From: Nitrosopumilus sp.
GTDB lineage: Archaea > Thermoproteota > Nitrososphaeria > Nitrososphaerales > Nitrosopumilaceae
Direction: 5' to 3'
Assembly (NCBI GenBank): GCA_965249555.1
Contig: OZ252243.1
Span: forward strand, 1,280,001 to 1,344,000
Length of the DNA: 64,000 nt
Within the stretch, counting starts at the first letter, position 1; every line of letters starts with the position of its first letter. The position numbers and the translations under genes were made by a program. Under the pieces are notes generated by a model, which did not search any database, was not told the DNA's origin, and saw only the letters and a program-made list of their open reading frames with translations. Positions 38,631 through 49,089 of this stretch are shown piece by piece.

Positions 38631-38909
38631 TTATACTAAAGAATTCAGAATTTTAGCCAGATTGACATCATTTTTTGTGATGCCTCCAGCATCATGAGTA
38701 GTTAATTCTATGGTGATTTTGTTGTATACGTTAAACCATTCTGGATGATGGTTCATTTTTTCAATTTCCATAGCTGCTCTGGTCATAAAACCAAACGCCT
38801 GATTAAAACTATCAAACTGAAATTCTTTGTGTAGTTTCTCATTTACAACACTCCAGCCAGGCAGACTCTTTAGTTCTTCATCAATGTCTGCTTGTGATAA
38901 TCTCATCAT
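38631..38909 (-). CDS. pterin-4a-carbinolamine dehydratase
   Basis: [21 protein letters not shown]. Confidence 0.92.
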   Translation of the reverse strand: MMRLSQADIDEELKSLPGWSVVNEKLHKEFQFDSFNQAFGFMTRAAMEIEKMNHHPEWFNVYNKITIELTTHDAGGITKNDVNLAKILNSLV

Positions 38910-38966
38910 GCTGTATTACATAAAATATCAATTGTTAGTTAAAGGGTTTGATTCATTACCGTTCTT

Positions 38967-39746
38967 ATGGAATCTGTTATGAGGGAGAATATGGAACAGA
39001 TAGAACAAGAATTACTTGAGAATATTAAAAATTCAATTTCTGAAACTGTGAAAGACAAAAAAATTGGAATTGCTTTTTCTGGAGGTGTTGATAGTACATT
39101 AATTTCAAAAATTTGCTCAGATATGGATTATGATATTACCCTGTTGACAATTGGTTTTCCTGAATCCCATGATATTTTATTTGCAAAACAAGTTAATGAA
39201 TATCTAAAATATCCTCATCATGTTCTAGAAATTGATTCAGAAACTTTTCCTACTGTTTCATTAAAAATTCAACAAACAATAAAAACTGAAAATCTATCAT
39301 GGAATGAAAATTGTATTGCATTTCATTATGTTTCTCAACTAGCAAAAAGCTTAGACCTTGATACTGTGATTACTGCAAATGGAATAGATGAACTGTTTTG
39401 TGGTTACAATGCATACAGAGAAGCATTTTCTGAAGGTGAATCTAAAATTCATGAAGTTATGATCTCTAAATTAGATAACGAATTAAAAATGATGAAAGCA
39501 GTAAATCTTGTTGCATCAGAGTTTGGTGTAACAATTATTCAGCCATTACTGTCTTCAAAATTCATAGATTATGCCAAAACAGTTCCTTTATCTGAGAAAA
39601 TTAATGATTCAGAAGATTTGTATCGTAAACATATCATAAGAAAATTAGCTAGCCAAATCAATGTTCCAGAAATTTCTTGTACGAAAAGAAAAAAAGCATT
39701 ACAATATGGCTCTAAAATTCACAAAGCATTACTAAAAACTAGATGA
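38967..39746 (+). CDS. asparagine-synthase-like ATP pyrophosphatase domain protein (no glutaminase domain)
   Basis: FSGGVDS PP-loop, GIDELFCGY, KKALQYGS. Confidence 0.85.
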   Translation: MESVMRENMEQIEQELLENIKNSISETVKDKKIGIAFSGGVDSTLISKICSDMDYDITLLTIGFPESHDILFAKQVNEYLKYPHHVLEIDSETFPTVSLKIQQTIKTENLSWNENCIAFHYVSQLAKSLDLDTVITANGIDELFCGYNAYREAFSEGESKIHEVMISKLDNELKMMKAVNLVASEFGVTIIQPLLSSKFIDYAKTVPLSEKINDSEDLYRKHIIRKLASQINVPEISCTKRKKALQYGSKIHKALLKTR

Positions 39747-41103
39747 ATTTTTTAACTGTGTTTTGAACCGATTTTTTTACATTACTAATAATCATCGGTG
39801 ATGCACCAAGATGTTTCTCTGGTGAAAATATGGATTCAATTTCTTTATTAGTTAACTTTGAAGAAAATGCCTTGTCGTTTTTGATAGCATCTATGTATTG
39901 CATTCCTTTGTCATTTGCCAAAAATGCAACTCTTTGAACATCTTTGTAGGCTACAAATCTTGGAACACCTTTTTTGATTAGTGCCTCTAAAACAAATTCT
40001 GCAAAGATTTGCCCCTTTGTGATGTAAAGATTCTCCACAATTCTCTTCTCATTTACCATCAAGTTTGAAATAATTCTAGTCATGGTTTCTAGCATTTCAT
40101 CAACTAGAATGGCTACTATTGGAATTACAAATCTCTCATTTGCTGAATTTGAAAGATCTCGTTCATGCCATAATGGAATATTTTCAAAAGCTATTCCTAC
40201 CTGACTTCGTACCATTTTAGATAATGATGATATTCTCTCACTTTTGATTGGATTTCTTTTAACTGGAACTGCACTACTACCCATTTGTCCCTTTTTGAAC
40301 TGCTCTGCAACTTCTCCAATTTCAGTTCTTTGCAAATTTCTAATCTCTACTGCAATTTTTTCCAAAGTTGCACCAATTAATGCTAATTCAAACACATATT
40401 CTGCATATCTCTCCCTTGGAACAACCTGAGTGGTTACTTCTGCTGAGTAAAGTTTCAAGCGTTTTGCAACTCTTTTTTGAACCTCGAGTGATTTTGCACC
40501 CATTAAAGAACCAGTTCCTACAACACCCAGTGTCTTACAAATTAGAATTCTTTTCTTAATCTCTTCAATTCTTTCTACATGTTTTGCCATCTCTGCTGCC
40601 CAATTTGCAAATTTCAATCCAAATGATATGATACTTGCATGTTGTCCATGAGTTCTACCAACAGCTGGAATGTTTTCATATTTTACAGCTTTTTGCGATA
40701 GAATTGTTGCCATCTTTGCAACTTTTGGTTCAATTATTTTTAATGAATCTCGCATTTGCATAGAATTACTGGTATCTACCAAATCATTACTTGTTAATCC
40801 ATAATGAATCCATGGTCTAACATCCTTGGTGCATTTTTCATTTAATGCTTCAACTAGTGCTGCAGTATCATGATCACTTTTTGCTTCAAGTTGTTTGATT
40901 CTTTTTGCAGTAATTTTTCCTGATAATGCTGCTTTGAGAATTTTTTTTCCGACTGTTTTTGGAATAACTCCAATCTCACTTTGCGAAATAGCAGCTGCAC
41001 CTTCAATCTCTAGTTGATAATTGATTTTCTTTTGTTCACCAAAAATTTCCATCATTTCTTTGGTACCATAACGACCATTGTCTATAGGTAAAATTGCCAA
41101 CAT
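39739..41103 (-). CDS. purB: adenylosuccinate lyase
   Basis: HYGLTSND, GRTHGQHA, GSSAVPVKRNP, WHERDL. Confidence 0.95.
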   Translation of the reverse strand: MLAILPIDNGRYGTKEMMEIFGEQKKINYQLEIEGAAAISQSEIGVIPKTVGKKILKAALSGKITAKRIKQLEAKSDHDTAALVEALNEKCTKDVRPWIHYGLTSNDLVDTSNSMQMRDSLKIIEPKVAKMATILSQKAVKYENIPAVGRTHGQHASIISFGLKFANWAAEMAKHVERIEEIKKRILICKTLGVVGTGSLMGAKSLEVQKRVAKRLKLYSAEVTTQVVPRERYAEYVFELALIGATLEKIAVEIRNLQRTEIGEVAEQFKKGQMGSSAVPVKRNPIKSERISSLSKMVRSQVGIAFENIPLWHERDLSNSANERFVIPIVAILVDEMLETMTRIISNLMVNEKRIVENLYITKGQIFAEFVLEALIKKGVPRFVAYKDVQRVAFLANDKGMQYIDAIKNDKAFSSKLTNKEIESIFSPEKHLGASPMIISNVKKSVQNTVKKFI

Positions 41104-41219
41104 TTTGATTTCAATTTATGAGAAAATAAATCTACTTCTTTATCCTGATTTTGTGCGTATGGTGTTATTTTGATATAATCTAGCCTCAAAAAATTGTTCC
41201 TTTTTAGATTATAGTCTGC

Positions 41220-41417
41220 TTAATAACGGGATTTTCTTACTGTAGCTATTTTCTTTTGTGATCTGGGAGTTTTTGTTTTGGCTCTGGCTTTGCTTACTTT
41301 GCCTTCTTTTTTGATACTTTTTCCACTTCTTCGTGCAGCTCTTGAAGCACTTGCTCTGATTTTTTGCTGTTTTTTCTGTTCTTCTATCTCTTTTTTAGTT
41401 AATTTTTTCCTAACCAC
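41220..41417 (-). CDS. small highly basic protein
   Basis: 65 aa, K/R-rich. Confidence 0.6.
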   Translation of the reverse strand: MVRKKLTKKEIEEQKKQQKIRASASRAARRSGKSIKKEGKVSKARAKTKTPRSQKKIATVRKSRY

Positions 41418-41485
41418 AATACAAAATCTATTTTATCATAGATAAATTAGCTCATCAATTTCAAGTCAGAGTATTATTCTAAAAA

Positions 41486-41641
41486 TTAACTTTGTTTAAT
41501 TCCTGTTTCTGATAATACCCACTCTAAAGCCTTGAAATACCCTTGTTTGAAATTTCTTTCATCAATTACCCAATCAGGATTTGCCCTTAGTTCCGCAAGC
41601 AATTGGTTTGCTTTTTGTGCGATTGTTGCTTTATCTAACAT
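41486..41641 (-). CDS. 51-aa small protein (not in ORF track)
   Basis: MLDKATIAQKANQLLAELRANPDWVIDERNFKQGYFKALEWVLSETGIKQS; AT-rich TATA-like sequence upstream. Confidence 0.55.
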   Translation of the reverse strand: MLDKATIAQKANQLLAELRANPDWVIDERNFKQGYFKALEWVLSETGIKQS

Positions 41642-41729
41642 ACTTTGGAATAAATTATAATTAATTTAAAATTCTTTACAATTCTTCTGATGATTTAAAT
41701 TGGATTGAAAGAAAATTTCATCGATATAC

Positions 41730-43178
41730 ATGTCTGCTAGTACTCCAAAAAAAATTGGAGAAAATCAATATCAAATTGATGCTGATTCCAATCTTGGAAT
41801 GAAAGTTCCTGTGAGGATTTATGCTGATGAACCATTACTTCAGAAAATGTTGTCTGATAGAACAATTATGCAGGCACGAAATGTTTCATCTATTCCTGGA
41901 ATAGTTGGTCAAAGTATTGTTTTACCTGATGGTCATGAAGGATATGGTTTTCCTGTTGGTGGTGTTGCAGCTATGGATGCAGAAGAAGGGATGATTAGTC
42001 CTGGTGGTGTTGGATATGATATTAATTGTGGAGTCCGGTTGCTTCGAACTAATTTAACTGAACAAGTAGTTCGCTCAAAACTAAAAGAACTTGTTACTGA
42101 TCTTTTTAGCTCTATTCCTTCAGGTGTTGGCTCTAAAGGTGCAGTAAGACTAAGTCATTCAGAACTTGATGAAGTATTGGTAAGAGGAGTTGACTGGGCA
42201 ATTGATCATGGGTATGGTTCAACAAATGATTCTGATGTATGTGAAGAGAATGGTAAAATTCCAAATGCTGATCCAAACAAAGTTTCAGATAAGGCAAGAA
42301 AAAGAGGAGCTCCTCAACTAGGAAGCTTAGGATCTGGAAATCATTTTCTTGAAGTACAGAAAGTTGCAGAAATTCATGATGAAGAAGCAGCAAAAAGAAT
42401 GGGAATTACAGAAGGAACTATTACAGTTTTAATTCATTGCGGTTCTAGAGGATTTGGTCATCAGGTATGTAGTGACTATCTTCGAGTTGCAGAACAGGCA
42501 ATGGAAAAATATGATATCAATTTACCAGATAGAGAACTTGCATGTGTTCCAAATACTTCTGAGGAAGGTGAGTCTTACAGAAAAGCAATGTTTGCTGCAT
42601 TAAATTTTGCATGGAGTAACAGACAAATGATAACTCATTGGACTAGAAAATCTTTTGAACGTGTATTTAATCAAACAGAATCTGATCTTGATATGAAATT
42701 AGTTTATGATGTTGCCCATAACATTGCAAAAATAGAAAAACACAAAGTTGATGGAAAAGAACGAAAAGTTGTTGTTCATAGAAAAGGTGCAACAAGAGCT
42801 TTTCCTGCAAATCGTGATGAAATACCATCAAAATATCGTGATTTGGGACAACCTGTTTTAGTTCCAGGCTCTATGGGAACTGCAAGTTGGATTTTGCTTG
42901 GTCAACCCAATTCTATGGATTTGAGTTTTGGTTCAACTGCACATGGTGCTGGAAGGACAATGTCCAGAACAAAGGCTAGAAGAAATTATAATGAAAATGA
43001 TGTCAAAAAATCTCTTAATGATAAGGGCATATTTATCAAGGCATTAACACGAGATGGAATTGTGGAAGAAACTCCTCAAGCATACAAAGATGTTGATGCT
43101 GTAGTTAATGTGTCTCATAATCTGGGAATTGCCACAAAAGTTGCAAAATTAGTGCCTATTGGTGTGATTAAGGGTTGA
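41730..43178 (+). CDS. rtcB: RNA-splicing ligase RtcB
   Basis: PDGHEGYGFP, GYDINCG, GSGNHF, HCGSRG, HRKGAT, HGAGR. Confidence 0.97.
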   Translation: MSASTPKKIGENQYQIDADSNLGMKVPVRIYADEPLLQKMLSDRTIMQARNVSSIPGIVGQSIVLPDGHEGYGFPVGGVAAMDAEEGMISPGGVGYDINCGVRLLRTNLTEQVVRSKLKELVTDLFSSIPSGVGSKGAVRLSHSELDEVLVRGVDWAIDHGYGSTNDSDVCEENGKIPNADPNKVSDKARKRGAPQLGSLGSGNHFLEVQKVAEIHDEEAAKRMGITEGTITVLIHCGSRGFGHQVCSDYLRVAEQAMEKYDINLPDRELACVPNTSEEGESYRKAMFAALNFAWSNRQMITHWTRKSFERVFNQTESDLDMKLVYDVAHNIAKIEKHKVDGKERKVVVHRKGATRAFPANRDEIPSKYRDLGQPVLVPGSMGTASWILLGQPNSMDLSFGSTAHGAGRTMSRTKARRNYNENDVKKSLNDKGIFIKALTRDGIVEETPQAYKDVDAVVNVSHNLGIATKVAKLVPIGVIKG

Positions 43179-43591
43179 GCGAAGAAGATTCTGAACTTGA
43201 AAGATTAAAGGCAAAAAGACTTGCTGAAATGCAAAAAAATATCTCTTCAAAACAAGAAATTGAAAAAACTCCAGAACTTGCTAAAGAGACACCACCTGAA
43301 AATCCACGAGATTTACTAGTTAATCAATTGGGATTTAGAGGATTAGAAGTTTTAGAAAATGCAGAATCCCAATTCCCTAATGAAACTAAAATTATTGTAG
43401 TAAAATTATCTGAGTTAATTAAAACAGGTGAAATTAATGAAGTTATTGACGGAGGAAAATTATTGACATTATTTAGATCAATTGGACTAAGTGTTAGAAT
43501 GGCAACAAAAATCAATATTGAACAAGATGGAAAATTTGTGTCTTTAAGTGACAAACTTAGTAACAAGTCATCAGATGACGGTGATGAGTAA
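43175..43591 (+). CDS. PDCD5-like DNA-binding protein
   Basis: DSELERLKAKRLAEMQ N-terminus; follows rtcB. Confidence 0.75.
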   Translation: MSEEDSELERLKAKRLAEMQKNISSKQEIEKTPELAKETPPENPRDLLVNQLGFRGLEVLENAESQFPNETKIIVVKLSELIKTGEINEVIDGGKLLTLFRSIGLSVRMATKINIEQDGKFVSLSDKLSNKSSDDGDE

Positions 43592-43896
43592 TGGATATTG
43601 TTTTAGAAGTTGGAACAAAAAATTATGTCGATGATTTATTATCAATTAAAAAAGCACTTTCACATATGGAAACTCTTGTAGAAGGACATAATGGATATGT
43701 TCTTAGTGAACCAACATCAAAGTTTGGCTGGACATTTTTCAAATTAGCATTCAAGCCTAATTTACAAACTGGTATAGAGGAAAAATTTTCTGACATGTTG
43801 GCAAAGTATCCGTCTGGTGATCAACAACAAAAATTTGCAAACTTTATGACAGATTATTTTCTTTCTAGAGGTTGTAATGTAACAATAAAGATATAA
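43591..43896 (+). CDS. hypothetical protein
   Basis: 101 aa, translationally coupled (TAATG). Confidence 0.75.
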   Translation: MDIVLEVGTKNYVDDLLSIKKALSHMETLVEGHNGYVLSEPTSKFGWTFFKLAFKPNLQTGIEEKFSDMLAKYPSGDQQQKFANFMTDYFLSRGCNVTIKI

Positions 43897-43901
43897 GCTA
43901 A

Positions 43902-44408
43902 CTAAACTCTTCTTCCTCTTTTCCCACCTTTCTTTCTAGTGGTGTCATGAGGAATGGGTGTTACATCATCAATTCGTCCAATCTTAAATCCACCTCTTGC
44001 TAATGCTCTAATAGCAGCTTGTGCACCTGGACCAGGAACTCTAGAACCAACTCCACCTACTGCACGAACTCTGATATGGAATCCATTGAATCCTTTGTTT
44101 CTTGCAGATTCAACTACTGAATTTGCCGCTTTCATTGCAGCAAATGGTGATGACTCGTATCTGTCGGCATTGACATGTATTCCGCCAGAACTGATGGCAA
44201 CAGTTTCTCCACCAGTAAGATCAGTTAGATGAATAATTGTATTATTGTAACTACTGTAAATATGAACAATTCCCCATTTTTCAGGGCCTTCTTTTTTAAC
44301 CTCGGGTTGAGATTTTGTTTCTACTTTAGCCTCAGATTTTACTTCCTCAACTGGTGCTTCAGTTTCCTCAACTGAAACTTCTTCAACTTTTGCTTCGATT
44401 TCTGACAA
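43902..44408 (-). CDS. rps11: 30S ribosomal protein S11 (uS11) with acidic N-terminal extension
   Basis: [36 protein letters not shown]. Confidence 0.96.
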   Translation of the reverse strand: MSEIEAKVEEVSVEETEAPVEEVKSEAKVETKSQPEVKKEGPEKWGIVHIYSSYNNTIIHLTDLTGGETVAISSGGIHVNADRYESSPFAAMKAANSVVESARNKGFNGFHIRVRAVGGVGSRVPGPGAQAAIRALARGGFKIGRIDDVTPIPHDTTRKKGGKRGRRV

Positions 44409-44465
44409 TGTCTACTCACGTCTTAAAGGGTTTAAAAAACATTGATTTTCTAATTTTGCCTTAAT

Positions 44466-44846
44466 TTGGTCATCTGGCATAAAATTAATGATTATTCATA
44501 TACTGTGATCAACTGGATTCTTTTAGTGGTATCCATTCTTTTGTTGGCTATTGGAATTGGAATTGCAATTGCTTTACTAGGATCTATAGGTTTTCAGTTT
44601 CTAACACCGATCAATGATATAGTTTTGTATCCCTTGGAACAAAAATGTCAACTAATCGCCAATGAAGGATACAAAATTCATTCACTTTATCCAAAATCAA
44701 ATCTTGATGAACTTCCTGAAGATGATATGAAACGAATGATGTACCTTGATGAAAAATGGATGAAAGAATGTGTTTCTGTTCTTCCAGCTGATTCTATAAT
44801 TAATATTGCAAATAATGTAGATCGAAAATTTTCCTATGGTGAATAA
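44466..44846 (+). CDS. membrane-anchored hypothetical protein
   Basis: N-terminal TM helix; start codon uncertain. Confidence 0.65.
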   Translation: MVIWHKINDYSYTVINWILLVVSILLLAIGIGIAIALLGSIGFQFLTPINDIVLYPLEQKCQLIANEGYKIHSLYPKSNLDELPEDDMKRMMYLDEKWMKECVSVLPADSIINIANNVDRKFSYGE

Positions 44847-45797
44847 TTATCTAAAATGTTTCCATCCTAAATCTTTCAAACGAATGTAATTGTTGTTCTC
44901 TTGAAGAAAAACTCCTTTACCTGATGTTACATACCCGATTTCAATAATTGGTGTTTTAAGCAATTTTGCATTTTTTTTAATTATTTGTCTATGTTTGGGT
45001 GATGTTGTAAATACAATCTCATATTCTTCCCCTCCATGAAAAATTAATGTGTTTAAATCAAATTTTTGAGATTTTGCATAATATCGTAAATCTTCCATCG
45101 AAGGGATATTGCTAATGATGAATTTCTTTTTACTCTGTTTTGACATTTCATTTAAAGTAGTTGATAATCCATCACTTGAATCCATTGATGATGAAAAATA
45201 CTTTTTATTTTTTATTCCAAAGTTGAGTTTTGGTTTTGGTTTTACTACTGATTTTATAGATTTTCTAACAAAATTCTCTTTCCCCTTTTTCTTCCCAAGA
45301 AGCATATTCAATCCTGCAGAAGTATAGCCAAACGGTCCTGTCACAAATATCAGATCCTTCTTTTTTGATCCTTTTCTGTAAACTATGTTATCGGTTTTTC
45401 CAAAAATACAAACATTAAACACAATTTCTTTACCTGCATTTGTATCTCCTCCAAGAATTGAAATACCATATTCATCACATGCTTTTTTGAAACCTTTTCC
45501 AATTTCTTCAATTTTTGAGTGTGAAATGGTCTTTGGTAAATTCACAGAAATAATTCCATATTGAGGCTTGATGCCTTTTGCAGCAAAATCACTTACACAT
45601 GCAACAATACTTTTTCTTGCAGCATCTGCTAATTTCATTTTGGATGGTATGTCTGTACTTTCTACGAGAGTGTCTGTTTTAGCTACAATTTTGGTTTTAC
45701 CTAAATTAAAAATTTCAACATCTTCAGAAATAAATTTTTTATTTCCTAATTTTCTCTGAAAAATTTTGATTATTGTGGATTCATCTAACTTGGTCAT
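44847..45797 (-). CDS. thiL: thiamine-monophosphate kinase
   Basis: SDFAAKG, GGDTN, MDSSDGL, GGEEYE, GWKHF. Confidence 0.93.
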   Translation of the reverse strand: MTKLDESTIIKIFQRKLGNKKFISEDVEIFNLGKTKIVAKTDTLVESTDIPSKMKLADAARKSIVACVSDFAAKGIKPQYGIISVNLPKTISHSKIEEIGKGFKKACDEYGISILGGDTNAGKEIVFNVCIFGKTDNIVYRKGSKKKDLIFVTGPFGYTSAGLNMLLGKKKGKENFVRKSIKSVVKPKPKLNFGIKNKKYFSSSMDSSDGLSTTLNEMSKQSKKKFIISNIPSMEDLRYYAKSQKFDLNTLIFHGGEEYEIVFTTSPKHRQIIKKNAKLLKTPIIEIGYVTSGKGVFLQENNNYIRLKDLGWKHFR

Positions 45798-47079
45798 AGC
45801 TTTGTTTTACTAGTTCTAATGTATCTTTAATAATTTTTTTACATTTTTCTCCATCGTTTGATTCTGCTGAAACTCTTATGATATCTTCAGTGTTTGATTT
45901 TCTAATCAAAACCCAACTATTCTCATCAATAGTTCCTTTAATTCCATCTAATGTACCTATTTCTGAATATTCTTTTGATAATTTAGAATTTACTTCTTTC
46001 ATTACTTTGTCATGAAAATTTGAATCAACTTCAATTTTCTCTCTTCTTTGACAATAATTTCCCATGTAGTTTAAAATTTCATCAAATTTTGAACTTCCTA
46101 ACATAGATGAAATTAAACCACTGGTAAGAATTCCTTCTCTACAATAATTGAATTCTGGTAAAATGAAACCTCCACTGCTTCCTTCTCCTCCAGCTTGAGC
46201 ATTCGTTTTTAACATGAGATCTATGACATTTGCTTCTCCTACTTTAGATCTTTGAACAGTACCTCCTTTCTCAATGATGAATTTTTCAATTGATATACTT
46301 GTGTCAATACTTAAAACAAATTTTTTGTATCCTAATTCCAGAGATTTTGCAACACCCAATCCTAATGTTACATCTGGAATTTGCTTCTTTCCTTTTATAA
46401 CTACAACTAAACGATCTGCATCTAAATCAAATGCAAATCCAATTTCTTTTTTATCGGATGCTGAAATTAATTCAGATAATTCATCAGATGTAGGATCGGG
46501 GCCTCTGGAGCATCCTGAAAGTTCTTCATTTAGAACTTTTACCTTGCATCCTATTTTTTTTAATAAATCCGGTGCAAAGCCTTTTGCAGCACCTCCTCCA
46601 ATATCCACTACTACTTCTGGTTGATTTTCAATGTTTCCTATGATTTTTGCAGCATCATCAATGTATGATGATGAAATATCTTGCTCAGTCCCAATTTTTG
46701 ATTTTGAAATTTCTTGGTGTTCGATAATTTGAGGTAATTCTTCTTCGTTAATGCCTCTTCCTTCAATAATGAACTTCATTCCATTCCATCTTATTGGATT
46801 GTGTGATGAAGAAATTACCAATCCGGCGCCATACTTTCTTGCTTCTCTAAAAACTACAGGAGTTGGCACTGTTTCTAAATTGAATACATCAATTCCATTC
46901 TTCATTAATGCCGCACTGGCAGTGTCTTTCATCATAGAACCTGATGGTCTTGTGTCTTTCCCAATGACACATTTTTGCGATTTAATTAAAGATGAAAAAT
47001 TATTACAAAATTCTAATACATCTTTTAGGTTAAGATCTTCTCCAAATATGCCTCTAATTCCAGAAATTGTTTTCTTCAA
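45781..47079 (-). CDS. phosphohexomutase (PMM/PGM family)
   Basis: SGIRG, KDTR, SSHNP, FDLDADRL, GGEGS, RKSNTE. Confidence 0.92.
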   Translation of the reverse strand: MKKTISGIRGIFGEDLNLKDVLEFCNNFSSLIKSQKCVIGKDTRPSGSMMKDTASAALMKNGIDVFNLETVPTPVVFREARKYGAGLVISSSHNPIRWNGMKFIIEGRGINEEELPQIIEHQEISKSKIGTEQDISSSYIDDAAKIIGNIENQPEVVVDIGGGAAKGFAPDLLKKIGCKVKVLNEELSGCSRGPDPTSDELSELISASDKKEIGFAFDLDADRLVVVIKGKKQIPDVTLGLGVAKSLELGYKKFVLSIDTSISIEKFIIEKGGTVQRSKVGEANVIDLMLKTNAQAGGEGSSGGFILPEFNYCREGILTSGLISSMLGSSKFDEILNYMGNYCQRREKIEVDSNFHDKVMKEVNSKLSKEYSEIGTLDGIKGTIDENSWVLIRKSNTEDIIRVSAESNDGEKCKKIIKDTLELVKQSYDQVR

Positions 47080-47132
47080 TTAATCCAACTCGGAAAGACT
47101 TTTTATTAACTCTGATGGATTTATCCAAACGT

Positions 47133-47206
47133 GCCTTGGTAGCTCAGCCTGGTAGAGCGAACGCCTCGTAAGCGTTAGGTCGCGGGTTCGTATCCCGTCC
47201 GAGGCT
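47133..47206 (+). tRNA. tRNA-Thr(CGT)
   Basis: GCCTTGG/CCGAGGC acceptor, AACGC-CTCGTAA-GCGTT anticodon arm. Confidence 0.95.
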
Positions 47207-47249
47207 TTTCTTGTAAATTTTTAAAATTATCTAGGAAATTATTAAGGGA

Positions 47250-47327
47250 TTATTCAACGAATGTTTCAATATCTGTTTCTAATTCTTTTCCTAACCCTTT
47301 CCACCACTGTTTAGTTTGTTCTGTCAT
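47250..47327 (-). CDS. 25-aa peptide (not in ORF track)
   Basis: MTEQTKQWWKGLGKELETDIETFVE; upstream GAGGGG SD-like sequence and a TATAAA box. Confidence 0.4.
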   Translation of the reverse strand: MTEQTKQWWKGLGKELETDIETFVE

Positions 47328-47416
47328 ATGCCCCTCATACTTTACGTAAAATTATCCTTTATAGATCTGTCGATTGATCCATGTTTGACTGTTTCATAGC
47401 ACATTCTAAAATATCT

Positions 47417-47602
47417 CTAACTTTCTTTCTCTTCTCGCTTTCTCTTCATTTTTCTATAAATTATTATCAAAAGAGCACCACCTGCACAGCCCCAAAATAA
47501 CTCTGATGTCCCATTTCTTATGGTTGGCTCAAACACACCAACAAAACCTAATGTCATTACTGCTACAAGAACTAATCCCAACATTTCAAGCATTTTTACC
47601 AT
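47417..47602 (-). CDS. small two-TM membrane protein
   Basis: two hydrophobic helices plus a basic tail; likely start ATG 47602. Confidence 0.65.
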   Translation of the reverse strand: MVKMLEMLGLVLVAVMTLGFVGVFEPTIRNGTSELFWGCAGGALLIIIYRKMKRKREEKES

Positions 47603-47664
47603 AATTTTTCTGTTATCCCCTTGTAAAATCAAAAAGATATATGGTTTTGTAAACCACACAATTT

Positions 47665-47871
47665 ATGGACAAGTATCTTATGGTGCTCCTAATGTTTATG
47701 ATTGTAACTATAGGTATAGCATTTGTAGATCCTGCTACTGGAGAATTTCGATTAATTCTCCCATTATTTTATGGCGGAATTGCAGGTTTCGCAATTATTG
47801 TTATTTACAGCTCCTATACAGAAAGAAAAGAACGTCAAAAAGCAAATGCAAAAAGAAGATCTAGAAAATAG
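47665..47871 (+). CDS. small two-TM membrane protein
   Basis: two hydrophobic helices plus a basic tail. Confidence 0.72.
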   Translation: MDKYLMVLLMFMIVTIGIAFVDPATGEFRLILPLFYGGIAGFAIIVIYSSYTERKERQKANAKRRSRK

Positions 47872-47874
47872 ATT

Positions 47875-48156
47875 TTAAAGTTCTAATCCAAATGATTCTG
47901 CAATACCTGCAAATTTTACATAAGAGTCCAAGTATTGTCTACCTTTTCCAGTAATTACAAAAGTATTCCTACCATCAAACTCAATTCTATTAATTAGGCC
48001 AGCACCTGTCAAGTTCTCTAAGAATTTAGATAATCTTGAATGTGATAAGTTAGCCTTTGTTAGAAGAGATGTTGTTTTGATGCCTTCTTGTCCTGATTGC
48101 TCAGTAACAGTCAATAAATCTGCAACAATCTGCATACTGGTTCTATAGGAAGCCAT
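47875..48156 (-). CDS. winged-helix DNA-binding protein (HTH_45-like)
   Basis: RTSMQIVADLL, ANLSHSRL..L..L, FVITGKG. Confidence 0.85.
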   Translation of the reverse strand: MASYRTSMQIVADLLTVTEQSGQEGIKTTSLLTKANLSHSRLSKFLENLTGAGLINRIEFDGRNTFVITGKGRQYLDSYVKFAGIAESFGLEL

Positions 48157-48239
48157 ACGTGCTTTTGTATAAAACTAAGATATAAGGGTATTACCATTCA
48201 TTCAGATCAGATAAATATGCTCTGACATGATTTTTTTTT

Positions 48240-48830
48240 ATGTCTTCTCAATCATCTATTCCATGGTTTGATGACTTTGAGGGCGTTGCTTACAGATACT
48301 ATGACCTTAGAATGAATGTAATTCCTTTAGTTACTGACAGAAAACAATCAGCTTCTCTTTGGCATGATACTATTCATTGGTGGGTAAACCCCTCAATCAA
48401 AATCCGATTTGTAGAAACTGGTGATAAATACTGGTTTATTCTTGGTTCTGATTCTCAAAAACCAGACACTAATCTGTCTTTTTTTAAGGTATTGCAAAAA
48501 TCTGAAAATTATGAGAGATTTAAGAAAGGTCATGGGGGAGAGGCATATCTTCGATTGGGTGTATATGCAAAAAAATCACTTGGTGATGTAAAAAAGAATG
48601 CTTTGTGCAATTGTAGCCATGAAGCAAGAGATCATGATGAAGGTGATAACGATGTATGTCTGTACAACAATTGTGATTGCAAAAAATTTTCTAGTTTTCA
48701 AGTAAACTTGCTGAAAAGAAAAAAAACAATTACTGATATTGCATTTTTAGAAGAAAAAGATGTAAAAGATGATCCTCTTGCATGGAATTGTCTTAATGTA
48801 AATAAATATTCAAAATCAGAACAAAATTAA
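48240..48830 (+). CDS. hypothetical protein with Cys/His zinc-binding insert
   Basis: CNCSH..H..C....CDC motif. Confidence 0.8.
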   Translation: MSSQSSIPWFDDFEGVAYRYYDLRMNVIPLVTDRKQSASLWHDTIHWWVNPSIKIRFVETGDKYWFILGSDSQKPDTNLSFFKVLQKSENYERFKKGHGGEAYLRLGVYAKKSLGDVKKNALCNCSHEARDHDEGDNDVCLYNNCDCKKFSSFQVNLLKRKKTITDIAFLEEKDVKDDPLAWNCLNVNKYSKSEQN

Positions 48831-48994
48831 TCTAAATGCTTGTTTACTCTGACATGTTCTCCAGGATAGTGCTCACCAAGTTTTTTTGAATAGCATTTTC
48901 CACATATTGGACCCTCTATTCCCCATTCATCCATAGACTTGTAATGAAGTTCAGTTTTTTCACTACAAATTGCACATTTGTCTTTTGTTCCCAA
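48827..48994 (-). CDS. 55-aa C4 zinc-finger microprotein (not in ORF track)
   Basis: TTG start; CAIC..W.IEGPICGKC..HYPGEH; TATA-like sequence upstream. Confidence 0.7.
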   Translation of the reverse strand: MGTKDKCAICSEKTELHYKSMDEWGIEGPICGKCYSKKLGEHYPGEHVRVNKHLD

Positions 48995-49089
48995 AGCATT
49001 TTTCCTCTTTTTAATCTATATAAAAAACATTCTGGAATAAATTGTACTTGAAAAATTATGTTAAATATCACTTATTTGGATTAAATTTA

